From contig JBBTQX010000002.1 in the NCBI GenBank assembly GCA_038065455.1, positions 32,001 to 96,000 on the forward strand: a stretch of 64,000 bases of DNA, given 5' to 3'. This document shows, in pieces, positions 53,135-63,460 of this stretch. Each line of letters opens with the position of its first letter. Position 1 is the stretch's first letter. A program made the translations under genes and the position numbers. A model generated the notes under the pieces. The model did no database searches and had not been told where the DNA came from. It saw nothing but the letters and a program-made list of their open reading frames with translations. Source of the DNA: Patescibacteria group bacterium. GTDB taxonomy: Bacteria > Patescibacteriota > Minisyncoccia > UBA6257 > GWB1-50-10.

Positions 53135-54406
53135 TTAGAGATTTGCCGAGAATTCCTTTTTAAACTCCGAAAATCTCCCTTCCTTTATCGAGGTTCTGAT
53201 TTTCTCCAGAAGATCGTTGAAAAAGAAAATGTTGTGTATCGTGGCGAGGCGCCCCGCGTTCAAGTCCTTCGCCTTGAACAACTCGCGCAATTTTCCCCTC
53301 GTGAGCTTCATTTCCGAACAAACCGGGCAAGAACAGCCGCTTTGAATTTTCATATGACTCCCCTGCCAAACGCCTTTCTTGATATCAAACCGGCCGAACT
53401 TGGTCCATAAGGAGCCGTGCCGCGCCTCGCGCGTCGGTATCACGCAATCGAAGGTATCCATTCCCAATTCCACCGCGTCAAAAACGTCTTCTATCCGGCC
53501 AATGCCCAAAAGATGGCGCGGCTTTTCTTCCGGCAGATGCGCCGCGCTCCAACGGATAACGGAGAGCATTTGTTCGCGGGGCGCGCCCATCGATTCGCCG
53601 TAAGAGCCGCCGATTGCAAAGCCCTCGAACGGCTGGGCGCCGATGAATTTCGCGCTCGTCTCCCGCAAATCGCGGAAAGCGCCGCCCTGCACCACGCCAT
53701 ACATCGCTTGGTCTTTCCGTGTTCGAGCCGCGAGCGACCGCAAGGCCCACTTGTGCGTCCGTTCAAGTGATTTTTTCGTATACGCGTAGTCGTGACGCGG
53801 CGAGGTCGGCTCATCGAAAGCGACGATAATATCCGCTCCCAACTTTTCCTGTATTTTTACGGAGGTTTCCGCATCCAAATACGATTCACCATAATTGTCA
53901 TTGAAACGGGCCCCATCTTCCGTTACCCTAACAAGGTTTTTTTCAGATTTGAGAGAAATATCGTCCTTTCTCGAATCTATCCCACCGAACTTTCCCATAC
54001 CGTGCTCGCGCCCGAAACCCAGGCTGAAAACCTGAAAACCCCCGCTATCGGTCATAATCGGACCGGGCCACATATAATCGTGTAGATCTGGAAGATTATT
54101 TAATTTATCTAGCCCCGCCCCGTGTACTGGATGGGAGGGTAAGACTTGGCCTAGCGGCCCGGAGCGCCCGACCAGACGGTATGCGGGGCGGGGCTCATGC
54201 TCAAATGTTCGCCAGAGATGATAAGTGTTCGAAATAATTAGCTGAGTCAAAGTCCTCGGAATATCTTCGGAATTCAAGCATCGCACCGCTCCGTGCGTCC
54301 CCACCACTACATAAGAAGGGGTCTCAATGATACCGTGCGGGGTTTTTAAAACGCCCGCGCGGGCGTTTGTTTTCGAATCTTTTTTCAGAATGTCGAATTC
54401 AAGCAT
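53135..54406 (-). CDS. tgt: tRNA-guanine transglycosylase with an in-frame ~28-aa insertion
   Basis: NTYHL, TDSGGFQVFSL, VVQGG, PRHLLGIG, DTFDCV, CSCPVC, HN. Confidence 0.93.
   Translation of the reverse strand: MLEFDILKKDSKTNARAGVLKTPHGIIETPSYVVVGTHGAVRCLNSEDIPRTLTQLIISNTYHLWRTFEHEPRPAYRLVGRSGPLGQVLPSHPVHGAGLDKLNNLPDLHDYMWPGPIMTDSGGFQVFSLGFGREHGMGKFGGIDSRKDDISLKSEKNLVRVTEDGARFNDNYGESYLDAETSVKIQEKLGADIIVAFDEPTSPRHDYAYTKKSLERTHKWALRSLAARTRKDQAMYGVVQGGAFRDLRETSAKFIGAQPFEGFAIGGSYGESMGAPREQMLSVIRWSAAHLPEEKPRHLLGIGRIEDVFDAVELGMDTFDCVIPTREARHGSLWTKFGRFDIKKGVWQGSHMKIQSGCSCPVCSEMKLTRGKLRELFKAKDLNAGRLATIHNIFFFNDLLEKIRTSIKEGRFSEFKKEFSANL
54111..54195. repeat. Palindromic insert inside tgt
   Basis: AGCCCCGCCCCG (54111-54122) / CGGGGCGGGGCT (54184-54195); the stem extends to 19 bp with three G-U pairs on the + strand. 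Confidence 0.8.
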
Positions 54407-55157
54407 TTTCTATTTCACTGCGCGCCCCGAAATAGTCGCAATAATCGCAATCTTTCCCGCTCTCGGGCAACTCGTCCGACTCCAGGCATTTTTTTATCTC
54501 TTCGAGCGTTCCCGAAACCCAATCGTCGTTCCCTTCGTAAGGAATTATTTTGATATCGAATTCAAGCTTCGCGTCGAAGGCTTCTTTGTCCGCATTGCCG
54601 TTGCAGTAGACGAAATAAGCGGTATTTGAGACCGGAAAATCGTTCCGGCGGAAAAGCCATTGGTAAACTTCCACCTGGCGCTTATAGCCGATCTGCCATT
54701 CCGCATCGAGATTCACCTCGCTGGATTTTGAGGTAGCCTTATAGTCCACGATATGCAATTCGTTTTTATTATTCAGCCAAACGTCGTCCACGCCGCCCCG
54801 GACAATCAGATTGGTCGGGCTATGGAAGAATTTTATTCCCTGCGTCCGGGAATTCCGCCACTCCTCCAGCTTGTCGTTGGGATACGGCACCGCATCGATT
54901 TTATATTTTTTCATCAGCGGATGAGCGGAGCCAGCGGCCCGATGAGCATCGAATTCTTTCTTAAGAAGGGCGTCGACCGCCGTATTCAAACTGAAGGGGT
55001 ATCCGGGCGGACGACCGGTGCCGAGCCGCTTATCAATATAAAAACAACGGGGACATTGGAGAAACAAATCTATTCCGCTTCGACTTATCACGAACGGGTC
55101 GGCGGAATTTGGAACGAACAAATTCCTTATCTTATGCGGATTATAATATTCGGACAT
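54399..55157 (-). CDS. PD-(D/E)XK nuclease, Cas4/AddB-like with four Cys
   Basis: SRSGIDLFLQCPRCFY, GGVDD, IVDYK, QVEVY, CDYCDY; start MSEYYN. Confidence 0.85.
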   Translation of the reverse strand: MSEYYNPHKIRNLFVPNSADPFVISRSGIDLFLQCPRCFYIDKRLGTGRPPGYPFSLNTAVDALLKKEFDAHRAAGSAHPLMKKYKIDAVPYPNDKLEEWRNSRTQGIKFFHSPTNLIVRGGVDDVWLNNKNELHIVDYKATSKSSEVNLDAEWQIGYKRQVEVYQWLFRRNDFPVSNTAYFVYCNGNADKEAFDAKLEFDIKIIPYEGNDDWVSGTLEEIKKCLESDELPESGKDCDYCDYFGARSEIENA

Positions 55158-55366
55158 TAATCTTGAATCTTCTGTATTCTTTTCGAAAAGAAAAATATAT
55201 AAGCTATCTCGAGAATTCCCACGGTATTGATAATAAGCAACGCGATAAACCAATTTCTATCGGAACGTCTAGCGGCCTTCCAGAGCGCCACTCCTTTCCA
55301 AGGCAGGGTCCAAATTAACAGAAGGATAAGAATCCATTGATCTTGGCTTTGAAGAATATTGAACAT
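55157..55366 (-). CDS. DUF5652-like small membrane protein
   Basis: WTLPWKGVALWKAAR...WFIALLIINTVGILEIAY. Confidence 0.8.
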   Translation of the reverse strand: MFNILQSQDQWILILLLIWTLPWKGVALWKAARRSDRNWFIALLIINTVGILEIAYIFFFSKRIQKIQD

Positions 55367-55483
55367 TTTTTATGTTTAGATTAACGGCCTTTATATTTTT
55401 GCGAAACCAATATAAACGAGTACGAAACCGATAATTACGAAGATTAAAAATTCGGCATGTTTCATATTGGTATATATTATATC

Positions 55484-56722
55484 TTATTCGTACCTTAACG
55501 CTTCAATCGGGCTTTTTTTAGAGGCCTGCCGGGCGGGATAAATGCCAAAAACTAGGCCCACGAATGCGGCTACTCCCAAACCAAGTGCTGCCGCGCCCAC
55601 CGGAAAAGTAAAAGCCCAATTTACCGCCAAAACATTGCTTAAAACAATGGATATGAGAAACGATAACGAAGCGCCAAGAGCAATACCAATTGCGCCGCCC
55701 ACGGCGGTGAGAATAACCGACTCAAGGAGGAATTGAACGAGAATATCTTTTTCGGTTGCTCCCAGTGCTTTTCGAAGGCCAATTTCCCGCGTTCGTTCGG
55801 TCACTGATACGAGCATAATATTCATAATACCGATGCCGCCAACCAGAAGAGAGATTGCGGCCACTGCCGCAAGAAAAAGTGTCAGCACATTCGTGATGGT
55901 TGAGACCATTTGAACCGCCTCTGCCTGAGTTTCGATGAAGAAATCATCCTTGTCGGGGTTGTCTATATTATGCGAATTCCGGAGTGTGACTTTCACATCC
56001 TCGACCGTCTGGGCTACGGCGGATTCCGTATCGGTCTCCACCACAATGCGATTAAAATGTTTGATACCAAAAACATACTGCTGGCCGGTGGTATAAGGAA
56101 TGAAAGCCACTTCATCGAAATTAATAAACGACGACTGGCCTTTTTTAGGCAGGATACCGATAACCCGAAAATTTCGGCCCTTGATTTTTATTTTCTGATT
56201 TAAAATGTCATCGTTTCCAACCAATTCTTCTTTTACCTTGGAACCGATAATAACGACGTCGGCATAACTTTTCACTTCATCATCCGAAAAAATCCGGCCC
56301 TTCTCAGGATAAATATTGTAAATTTCCGAAAAGAGTCCGGTCACGCCGAAAATGGTCGGCCGATAAGTCTCGCTCCCAAAGGCAGCCGTTTCCGCACCAA
56401 ATACGACGGGCATAATACCGTTGAGGTGCGGTACATTGGCTTTTTTGTTCAAAGCGTCGATATCCTTCGACTTCAGCGAATCAGCGAATGTGGAAATAAA
56501 ATCCGTCGGCCCTTTGGGCTGTCGGCCGGGTACGATAGCGATAACTTTAGATCCAATTCCTTGAACCTGGCCCAAAATCAAATCCTGTGCTCCTTGACCC
56601 AGCGACATTACGAGAATGATGGAAGTGATACCTATCACGATTCCCAAAATTGTAAGCACCGATCGGGATTTGTGGGTCGCGAGTCCGTTCAAAGCGGTTT
56701 TCATCGAATACTTGATATGCAT
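55484..56722 (-). CDS. MacB/FtsX-family ABC permease
   Basis: RSVLTILGIVIG, GGIGIMNIMLVSVTERTREIGLRKALGA, PIEALRYE. Confidence 0.93.
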   Translation of the reverse strand: MHIKYSMKTALNGLATHKSRSVLTILGIVIGITSIILVMSLGQGAQDLILGQVQGIGSKVIAIVPGRQPKGPTDFISTFADSLKSKDIDALNKKANVPHLNGIMPVVFGAETAAFGSETYRPTIFGVTGLFSEIYNIYPEKGRIFSDDEVKSYADVVIIGSKVKEELVGNDDILNQKIKIKGRNFRVIGILPKKGQSSFINFDEVAFIPYTTGQQYVFGIKHFNRIVVETDTESAVAQTVEDVKVTLRNSHNIDNPDKDDFFIETQAEAVQMVSTITNVLTLFLAAVAAISLLVGGIGIMNIMLVSVTERTREIGLRKALGATEKDILVQFLLESVILTAVGGAIGIALGASLSFLISIVLSNVLAVNWAFTFPVGAAALGLGVAAFVGLVFGIYPARQASKKSPIEALRYE

Positions 56723-57442
56723 TTATTTTGAAAATTCGTCGCTTCGGCGCCGATGGCCGACTTTTTCGTCTTTATCTATCTTACCGTCCAGAATATGGAT
56801 AATTCTTTCGGCGTGTTCGGCAGTATATGTTTCGTGGGTGATGAGAATAATGGTATGGCCGTGTTTTTCGTTCAGGTGCTGGATGGTTTCCATCACAGCC
56901 AAGCCGGATTTGGAATCCAGGTTTCCGGTCGGCTCGTCGGCGAAGATGATTTGCGGGTCGAGCACGAGCGCCCGCGCGATAGCCACTCGCTGTTTTTCGC
57001 CACCCGAAAGCTTGGCCGATTCGTGATTCACCCGATGGGAAAGGCCGACGGCTTCAATTGCCTTCATTGTTTTCTCGTTCCAAAGTGATTCTTCGATATC
57101 CGAATACAAAAGGGGCAGTTTCACATTTTCAAGGACGGATGCTCTGGACAGCAAATTGAAAGTTTGAAAAACGAAGCCCATTTGTCGGTTGCGCACCCGA
57201 GCCAGCTCTACCGGCGAATAATCGTCGATGGTTTTTCCGTCGAAACGGTAAGTGCCGCCGCTTTGGCGATCGAGAAATCCGAGAATATGGAGAAGCGTCG
57301 ATTTACCGGAGCCGGATGGCCCCATAATCGCCACAAACTCTCCTTTGTTTATTTTAAATGTAACGCCCCGCACGGCTTGTGTGACCGCGCCGCCATCCTC
57401 GTCGTAAGTTTTCTCCAGACCTTCCGCCTCGATTAAAGCCAT
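56723..57442 (-). CDS. ABC ATP-binding protein (MacB/LolD type)
   Basis: GPSGSGKST, LSGGEKQRVAIARAL, ADEPTGNLD. Confidence 0.95.
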   Translation of the reverse strand: MALIEAEGLEKTYDEDGGAVTQAVRGVTFKINKGEFVAIMGPSGSGKSTLLHILGFLDRQSGGTYRFDGKTIDDYSPVELARVRNRQMGFVFQTFNLLSRASVLENVKLPLLYSDIEESLWNEKTMKAIEAVGLSHRVNHESAKLSGGEKQRVAIARALVLDPQIIFADEPTGNLDSKSGLAVMETIQHLNEKHGHTIILITHETYTAEHAERIIHILDGKIDKDEKVGHRRRSDEFSK

Positions 57443-57448
57443 GAAAAT

Positions 57449-58885
57449 TTAAAGATTATTTGTGATTACCGATTCATTTTCCTCCAGGCCTTTCAGTATT
57501 TCCACATTCCCATCCACTCCTCGAAGTCCCGTTTCAATGACGCGTTTTTCGGAAACGCCGTTCCCTTTATCCACAAGCACAAATTTTTCGCCGTTCTGAT
57601 TAGTGACCGCTCTTTGCGGAATCGTGAGTGCATTCTCGCGCTTATCGGTAAAGACGGTGATATTGGCCGTCATGCCGGACTTCACCCGATCATCATTCTT
57701 CAAAAACTGGAATTTTGTTTTGTAAGTGGCTACACCCTCGACCACGGTCTCGGCCGGCTCAATTGAAGAAACTTTAATGTTGAAAATAATATCGTTACCG
57801 TACGTATCCAATGTAACAGTGCCCTCTTCGCCGACTTTGATTTTGGCGATGTCGGCTTCCGGCACGTTGGCTTCCACTTCGAAATTGCTGGCGGAAATAA
57901 TCGAAACCATGAGCGCGCCCGGCGAAGCAATTTCGCCGACCTTAGCGTTTTGGAACGTCACGACGCCCGAGATCGGCGAGTAAATTACGGTTTTCGATAT
58001 CTGCGCTTTTATATTCGCCAGTCCGGCTTCATATGATTTCACGTTTGCTTCGAGCGAAGCGACGGCGGCTTTCTGGGCCGATATGGATTGTTCCTGGTCC
58101 GTGATATCCGCAAGAACGGCGTTCACATTCGTCCGGGCAGTATTGATATTCGTTTTATAGGAGTCGATTAAAGATTGGGTTAAAGACGAATCGGCCGCAT
58201 TCACGACTGCCTCCATTGCCTTCGAAAGCAGGGAGCGAACAGTCGTCAGATAATTTTTGGACTTCACGAGATAATTCTGAAATTCGATTTTGGAATCCAT
58301 TCCGGCCATGACGGCGAGATCCGACGACCAGCCGGCGAGATCGCTCGTCGCCGAAAGGCGCAGCTGCCTCAAATTGTTGTCTATCGCGATATCTTTGGTC
58401 TGGAAAGTCAGGCTCGGATTCTGCAAATCGTCGTTCGTAAAAAGCGCGTCCAGCTGTTTTCTTACGGCATCGTCGGCTTTGGCATAAGCGTTATTCAAAA
58501 TATCCGGAATACTTCCGTAATAATTTGAAAGGATAATCTCGGCCTTGGCCAAATCCGAATTTTGCGCGGCGAGATCCGCTTCGGCTTTGGAAAGTTGGGC
58601 CTCGAATTCGACCGCGTCCAGAGCAATCACCGATTCGCCGATATAAACGCGATCGCCAACTTGGGCATTGACCGCCGCAATGCGGCCGCTCTTTTCAAAA
58701 GCCAGGTCAACATTCTTTGCCGGCTTCACCTTGCCCGTAACCGAAACCTCTTCGGAAACGCTCCCCCGAACGACTCTCGCGGTTTCAAAGGGCGATTTGC
58801 TCTTACCCGAAAAGACAAGGAAAACCGCGATTACGATTACAATGCCCAAAACCGCCAATACCCAGGGTTTTTTGAAATAATTCAT
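57449..58885 (-). CDS. Efflux membrane-fusion (periplasmic adaptor) protein
   Basis: N-terminal TM, lipoyl halves, long coiled coil, SPISGVV, VPEADI, KSGMTA. Confidence 0.9.
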   Translation of the reverse strand: MNYFKKPWVLAVLGIVIVIAVFLVFSGKSKSPFETARVVRGSVSEEVSVTGKVKPAKNVDLAFEKSGRIAAVNAQVGDRVYIGESVIALDAVEFEAQLSKAEADLAAQNSDLAKAEIILSNYYGSIPDILNNAYAKADDAVRKQLDALFTNDDLQNPSLTFQTKDIAIDNNLRQLRLSATSDLAGWSSDLAVMAGMDSKIEFQNYLVKSKNYLTTVRSLLSKAMEAVVNAADSSLTQSLIDSYKTNINTARTNVNAVLADITDQEQSISAQKAAVASLEANVKSYEAGLANIKAQISKTVIYSPISGVVTFQNAKVGEIASPGALMVSIISASNFEVEANVPEADIAKIKVGEEGTVTLDTYGNDIIFNIKVSSIEPAETVVEGVATYKTKFQFLKNDDRVKSGMTANITVFTDKRENALTIPQRAVTNQNGEKFVLVDKGNGVSEKRVIETGLRGVDGNVEILKGLEENESVITNNL

Positions 58886-58895
58886 ATTGCGCTCT

Positions 58896-60038
58896 TTATT
58901 GTATCGCGCGGGCGATCGCTTTCACAACTGCTTTATCAAAAGCGTCCGGCAGGATTCTTTCGCGATTCGGGTGCTTGATTATAGCAGCGAGATTTTTGGC
59001 GGCTTTGACGAGCATCTCGTCCGTAATATCCCTCACTTTGTGATCCAGCGCTCCCCGGAAAATTCCCGGAAAAGCCAGCACGTTGTTTATCTGGTTCGGA
59101 AAATCCGAGCGCCCGGTCGCGATTATCCAAGCACCGGCTTTCTTTGCCTCGTCCGGCATTATCTCCGGTACCGGATTGGCCATGGCAAAAATAATTGGCT
59201 TCGGGTTCATTTCTCTTATCATTCGGGGCGTGAGGAGTCCAGCTTTGCTCACCCCGATGAATATGTCGGTGCCCTTCAGGCTTTCTTCTAATCCACCCTT
59301 CATCTTCTTTTTATTCGTCGATTTCGCGAGTTTCTTCTTGTATTCATCCAAGCCGGGCCGGCCTTCATATATAGTGCCCTTGGAATCAACGAGGACGATA
59401 TTTTTGAAGCCGAATTTCAAAAGCAGCTGCGCAATGGCGTTTCCGGCCGCGCCCGCGCCATTCAAAACCAGTTTCGCTTTTTCTTTCGTGAGGCCGCGCA
59501 CCTTTAAAGCGTTTATGAGCGCCGCGAGGACGACTGTCGCCGTGCCGTGCTGGTCGTCGTGCATCACGGGGATTTTCAATTCTTTTTTGAGGCGCGCTTC
59601 TATCTCGAAACAGCGCGGCGCGGAAATATCTTCCAGATTTATTCCGCCGAAGACCGGCGCGATTCTTTTTACCGTTTCCACTATCTCATCCGGGTCTTGG
59701 GTGTCTAAGCAAATCGGAAAAGCATCCACGTTCGCGAATGCTTTGAAAAGAATAGCTTTCCCTTCCATTACGGGAATGGCCGCCTCCGCTCCAAGATTGC
59801 CCAAACCCAAAATGGCCGAGCCATCCGAAACGATTGCCACTGTATTGCTTTTGAGCGTGTATATTTCCGCGAGCTTTTTATCTTTCCCGATGACTCGGCT
59901 CACCGCGCCCACGCCCGGCGTGTATGCAAGCGTAAGATCCGCCCTATTTTTGAGCGGCACTTTACTCGCAATCTCAAGCTTCCCCGAATATTTTTTATGG
60001 AGAACGAGCGAAGCGGCATAGACATCCCGCTTTTTCAT
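58896..60038 (-). CDS. NAD(P)-dependent malic enzyme
   Basis: AYTPGV, GLGNLG, PVMEGKA, INLEDI, HDDQHGTA, GAGAAG, GRSDFPNQINN. Confidence 0.94.
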   Translation of the reverse strand: MKKRDVYAASLVLHKKYSGKLEIASKVPLKNRADLTLAYTPGVGAVSRVIGKDKKLAEIYTLKSNTVAIVSDGSAILGLGNLGAEAAIPVMEGKAILFKAFANVDAFPICLDTQDPDEIVETVKRIAPVFGGINLEDISAPRCFEIEARLKKELKIPVMHDDQHGTATVVLAALINALKVRGLTKEKAKLVLNGAGAAGNAIAQLLLKFGFKNIVLVDSKGTIYEGRPGLDEYKKKLAKSTNKKKMKGGLEESLKGTDIFIGVSKAGLLTPRMIREMNPKPIIFAMANPVPEIMPDEAKKAGAWIIATGRSDFPNQINNVLAFPGIFRGALDHKVRDITDEMLVKAAKNLAAIIKHPNRERILPDAFDKAVVKAIARAIQ

Positions 60039-60047
60039 TTGATGGAG

Positions 60048-60281
60048 TTAAATTTTTAGAAGTTGGGCAAGCTTCGCCTTGTCGAAACCGATAATAATTT
60101 TGTCGTCCACCTCGATAACCGGCACGCCCATCTGGCCGGATATATCAATCATCCTTTTCTGGGCTGGAATATCCACGGAAACGTCTTTTTCTTCGAACGC
60201 GACATTGTTGGCCTGGAAATAGGCCTTGGCCATTTTGCAAAACACACAACTCGGAGTGCTGTAGATTATTACTTTTGGCAT
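60048..60281 (-). CDS. Glutaredoxin/NrdH-like protein
   Basis: YSTPSCVFC, SGQMGVPVI, IGFD. Confidence 0.9.
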   Translation of the reverse strand: MPKVIIYSTPSCVFCKMAKAYFQANNVAFEEKDVSVDIPAQKRMIDISGQMGVPVIEVDDKIIIGFDKAKLAQLLKI

Positions 60282-60322
60282 ATCCCTTAATTATGGGGGA
60301 ACATTATTCCCAGTCAACTTGA

Positions 60323-62308
60323 CTAATATTCCACCGATTCATCGTCATCTATCCCGTCCGTTTCGTCGTTATAGTTGGTCTTTTTTTTGGCGTTCCCCAT
60401 CGAAAGGTCTTTGTGCTGGACGCTCAAGAGCACGCTCGGGTCGTCCAGAAAACGCGAAAGCCGATTGAAGGACATTGGACCCATATTTCCCGCTAAATGG
60501 AATAGGAGAAATAGTTTATTCCGGGCGCGGGTAATGGCAACATAGAAAAGCCGGCGCTCTTCCTCGATTTCATCTTTCGACTTCAAAGCCATTTTAGAAG
60601 GCAGAATTCCTTCTATTATTCCGAGAAGATACACCGCATCCCATTCCAAGCCTTTCGCCGAGTGAATGGTGGAAAGAGTAAGGGGCTTTTCCTCGTCTTT
60701 TTCCGAGTCTTTTCCTTTCTGGTTTTCTTCCGGTATCTCTATCGCCAAATCCGCCAGCAAATCGTTCAAGTCCGTATAATTATCTGCGATCGGTCGGATG
60801 GCTTCCAAATCGTTCAGCCGATTCGGCCACTCGTCGAACTTGTCTTTCAGAAACGGCAGATAGTAATCGGCAACAAGACCGAACTTCTCGGAGACCGTTT
60901 TATCTTGGAAAGCTTCCGCAAGAGTTTCCTTCAAATCCAGGAGATAGGGCGAATACTTGTATCCGGCGGAATATTCATCGAGAGCGGCGAGCGCCGAATC
61001 CCAATCCTCCGCTCGATGTATTGTTGAAGAAATATTCTCCGCCGTCTTTCCCCCGATGCCCGGCAAAAGCGTAAGAACCCGGCTCCAGCTCAATTCGTCT
61101 TTGAAGTTCGCGAGTATTTTCAAATGCGCGAGCACATCTTTCACGTGCGCCGTTTCGTAGAATTTCAATCCGCCGAAAAATTTGAATGGAATCCGCGCGC
61201 GGGCAAGCTCCGCCTGAAGCGGGATGGAAATATAAGATGAGCGGAAAAGCACCGCCTGATGCGCGAAAGGCATACCGTCCAGTACCGCTTCCTGAATAGT
61301 CTCCTTTATCCATTCCGCTTCGTCTTCCGCATCGCCGAAATACATTATCGTCGGTTTCTCCCCCGTACTTTCCCGGGCAGCCGTCAGAACTTTCTTAAAC
61401 TTGTTCTCCATGTTGTCGAGAACCGAATTCGACAAATCCAATATTGCCTGCGTGCTCCGATAATTGCTCTCCAGCTTCACGAGCTTGCACTCCTTGAACT
61501 GGTCGGGAAAATTCATAATGTTTTCGTGATAGGCGCCGCGGAAGCCGTAGATGCTCTGCGCGTCATCCCCCACCACCATCACATTCTTGTGCTTGGAAGC
61601 CAAAAGATAAGTGATATCGCCCTGCATTTTGTTCGTGTCCTGGTATTCGTCCACCATTATGTATTCATATTTTTGGGAGAGGATATTCCTGATTTGCTCG
61701 TCTTTCAGGACTTCGCGGGCATAGAACAGGAGATCGTCATAATCCAGATAGCCGTTTTCCTTCTTGTATTCGGCATAATTCTTCTTGACCCGCTCAATAT
61801 CTCCGACGAATTGGCTCAAGTGCTCGTATTCCTTTTCCAGTATCCCCTCTATCGAAAGATTTTTGTTCAAGGCGCCGCTAATGATATTTCGGAGCGTGCC
61901 CTTTTGGGGAAATTTCTTATCCCCGCCCGAAAATCCCAATCTCGTCGCAATCTTCCCCACTGCTTCCTGCGCGTCGTCTTCATCCATAATTATGAGATTC
62001 TTCGGCAAGCCAATCTGCGCGCCATATTGCTTCAATAATTTATAAGCGAACGAATGGAATGTGCCGCCCTCCACCTTGCAAGCGCGGGGGTCGTGTTCGG
62101 CTGCGCGGTTAAGCATCTCGGCGGATGCCCGGCGCGTGAAGGTCAAAAGCAAAATAGATTCGGGCTTTATGCCGTGTTCTATCAAATTCAAAACGCGGTA
62201 TTCGATAACCCGCGTTTTTCCCGAGCCCGGCCCCGCAATCACCAAGACCGGCCCCTTAATTGTCTCCACCGCCTCCCGCTGGCTGGAGTTTAGAAGTTTA
62301 TCGGACAT
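60323..62308 (-). CDS. UvrD/PcrA/Rep family helicase
   Basis: AGPGSGKT, TFHS, VDEYQD, GDDAQSIYGFRGA, NYRS, TIHSAKGLEW, EERRLFYVAITRA. Confidence 0.94.
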   Translation of the reverse strand: MSDKLLNSSQREAVETIKGPVLVIAGPGSGKTRVIEYRVLNLIEHGIKPESILLLTFTRRASAEMLNRAAEHDPRACKVEGGTFHSFAYKLLKQYGAQIGLPKNLIIMDEDDAQEAVGKIATRLGFSGGDKKFPQKGTLRNIISGALNKNLSIEGILEKEYEHLSQFVGDIERVKKNYAEYKKENGYLDYDDLLFYAREVLKDEQIRNILSQKYEYIMVDEYQDTNKMQGDITYLLASKHKNVMVVGDDAQSIYGFRGAYHENIMNFPDQFKECKLVKLESNYRSTQAILDLSNSVLDNMENKFKKVLTAARESTGEKPTIMYFGDAEDEAEWIKETIQEAVLDGMPFAHQAVLFRSSYISIPLQAELARARIPFKFFGGLKFYETAHVKDVLAHLKILANFKDELSWSRVLTLLPGIGGKTAENISSTIHRAEDWDSALAALDEYSAGYKYSPYLLDLKETLAEAFQDKTVSEKFGLVADYYLPFLKDKFDEWPNRLNDLEAIRPIADNYTDLNDLLADLAIEIPEENQKGKDSEKDEEKPLTLSTIHSAKGLEWDAVYLLGIIEGILPSKMALKSKDEIEEERRLFYVAITRARNKLFLLFHLAGNMGPMSFNRLSRFLDDPSVLLSVQHKDLSMGNAKKKTNYNDETDGIDDDESVEY

Positions 62309-62320
62309 ACGATTGGTTTT

Positions 62321-62797
62321 TTAATTCAGAAGCCAGATGGACCAGTTCAGATAGGTCGCGAAGGTTACCCAAACGATGTACGGTGCCAAAAGCCAGGCGG
62401 CCGGACGGGAGATTTTGGAAAACGAGATAATCGTCGCGAGAACCGCAACCCAAAGCGAAATCAACTCGATAAGAGCCGGTCCGGGGCTTTGCAAGCCAAA
62501 GAAGACGATGGACCAGGCCGCATTCAAAGCCAATTGGATGCCGAAAACTCCAAGCGCCAATCTCACCTCCTTATTCTCCCAACCATTCGTCCATACGATA
62601 TATGCCGCAATGCCCATCAAGAGATAAAGCGCCGTCCAGACGGGACCGAAAAGCCAACCCGGCGGATTTATTACCGGCTTTATAAGCTCGGTATACCACG
62701 AAGGGATCGCCCACGCCGTGAAAAACGAGCCGATTACTCCGACCAGCTCCGAAATTACGATTGCGATGATTAGCTTGGGGAAGTTGATTGACCTCAT
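62321..62797 (-). CDS. tspO: TspO/MBR family protein
   Basis: WYTELIKP, PPGWLFGPVWT, LNAAWSIVFFG, PYIVWVTFA. Confidence 0.92.
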   Translation of the reverse strand: MRSINFPKLIIAIVISELVGVIGSFFTAWAIPSWYTELIKPVINPPGWLFGPVWTALYLLMGIAAYIVWTNGWENKEVRLALGVFGIQLALNAAWSIVFFGLQSPGPALIELISLWVAVLATIISFSKISRPAAWLLAPYIVWVTFATYLNWSIWLLN

Positions 62798-62804
62798 TTT
62801 TTTA

Positions 62805-63449
62805 TTATAGCAGATTTTCCTGCTCTATCTTGTCTTTATGCTCCGCAGGATTCGCCTTTTGCTTTACCCGGCGCTCGGCGAGGAATTCATCATACTTCCC
62901 AGGCAGAAGCTTCAATTTATGAAAATCTATCTCGAGCGCTCTTAAGACATTCGTGGCGCGGAGTGCGGCGGCGGGGTGATAAAGAGGAATCACGAGCCGC
63001 TCGCCCCACCAGAAGACCCGACCGTGGTCGTTAGAAATCTTTGCGAGCGGAAGAATGTAGTTCATCGAATATCGCCCCAACGGCGCGATAATCTTCGGAT
63101 TCAATGTTTCTATCTCCTCCGTAAGGTACGGGCGATAGGCCTCCAACTCCTCCGGAAACGGGTCGCGATTCTCCGGCGGGCGGCGCTTCACGATATTGGA
63201 AATATAAATATCTTCCCGTTTCCAGCCGATGCTATCGATTAGCTTATCCAAAAGTTTTCCGGCGCGTCCCACGAACGGCCGGCCCAACTTGTCTTCCGAC
63301 GCTCCCGGCGCCTCGCCGATAAACATCACCTCGCTTTGGGCGCTCCCCTCCCCGAAAACAAAATTAGCTTCCTGAAGCGGCAGGGATTCGTCCCCCGCCA
63401 TTCTGGCTTTCAACTCTTCAAGTTTTTTTGATTTATTTTCTTGTGGCAT
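62805..63449 (-). CDS. Family 4 uracil-DNA glycosylase
   Basis: [30 protein letters not shown]. Confidence 0.9.
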   Translation of the reverse strand: MPQENKSKKLEELKARMAGDESLPLQEANFVFGEGSAQSEVMFIGEAPGASEDKLGRPFVGRAGKLLDKLIDSIGWKREDIYISNIVKRRPPENRDPFPEELEAYRPYLTEEIETLNPKIIAPLGRYSMNYILPLAKISNDHGRVFWWGERLVIPLYHPAAALRATNVLRALEIDFHKLKLLPGKYDEFLAERRVKQKANPAEHKDKIEQENLL

Positions 63450-63460
63450 ATTAAATACTC

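Noticed and set aside
41111-54167. The 28-bp repeat pair as a DGR template/variable repeat
   Set aside because: The copies are identical and short, with no adenine-specific differences, and no reverse transcriptase is seen.
54399-55157. Cas4-like nuclease as evidence of CRISPR-Cas
   Set aside because: It is a solo PD-(D/E)XK gene among housekeeping genes, with no cas1/cas2 or array.
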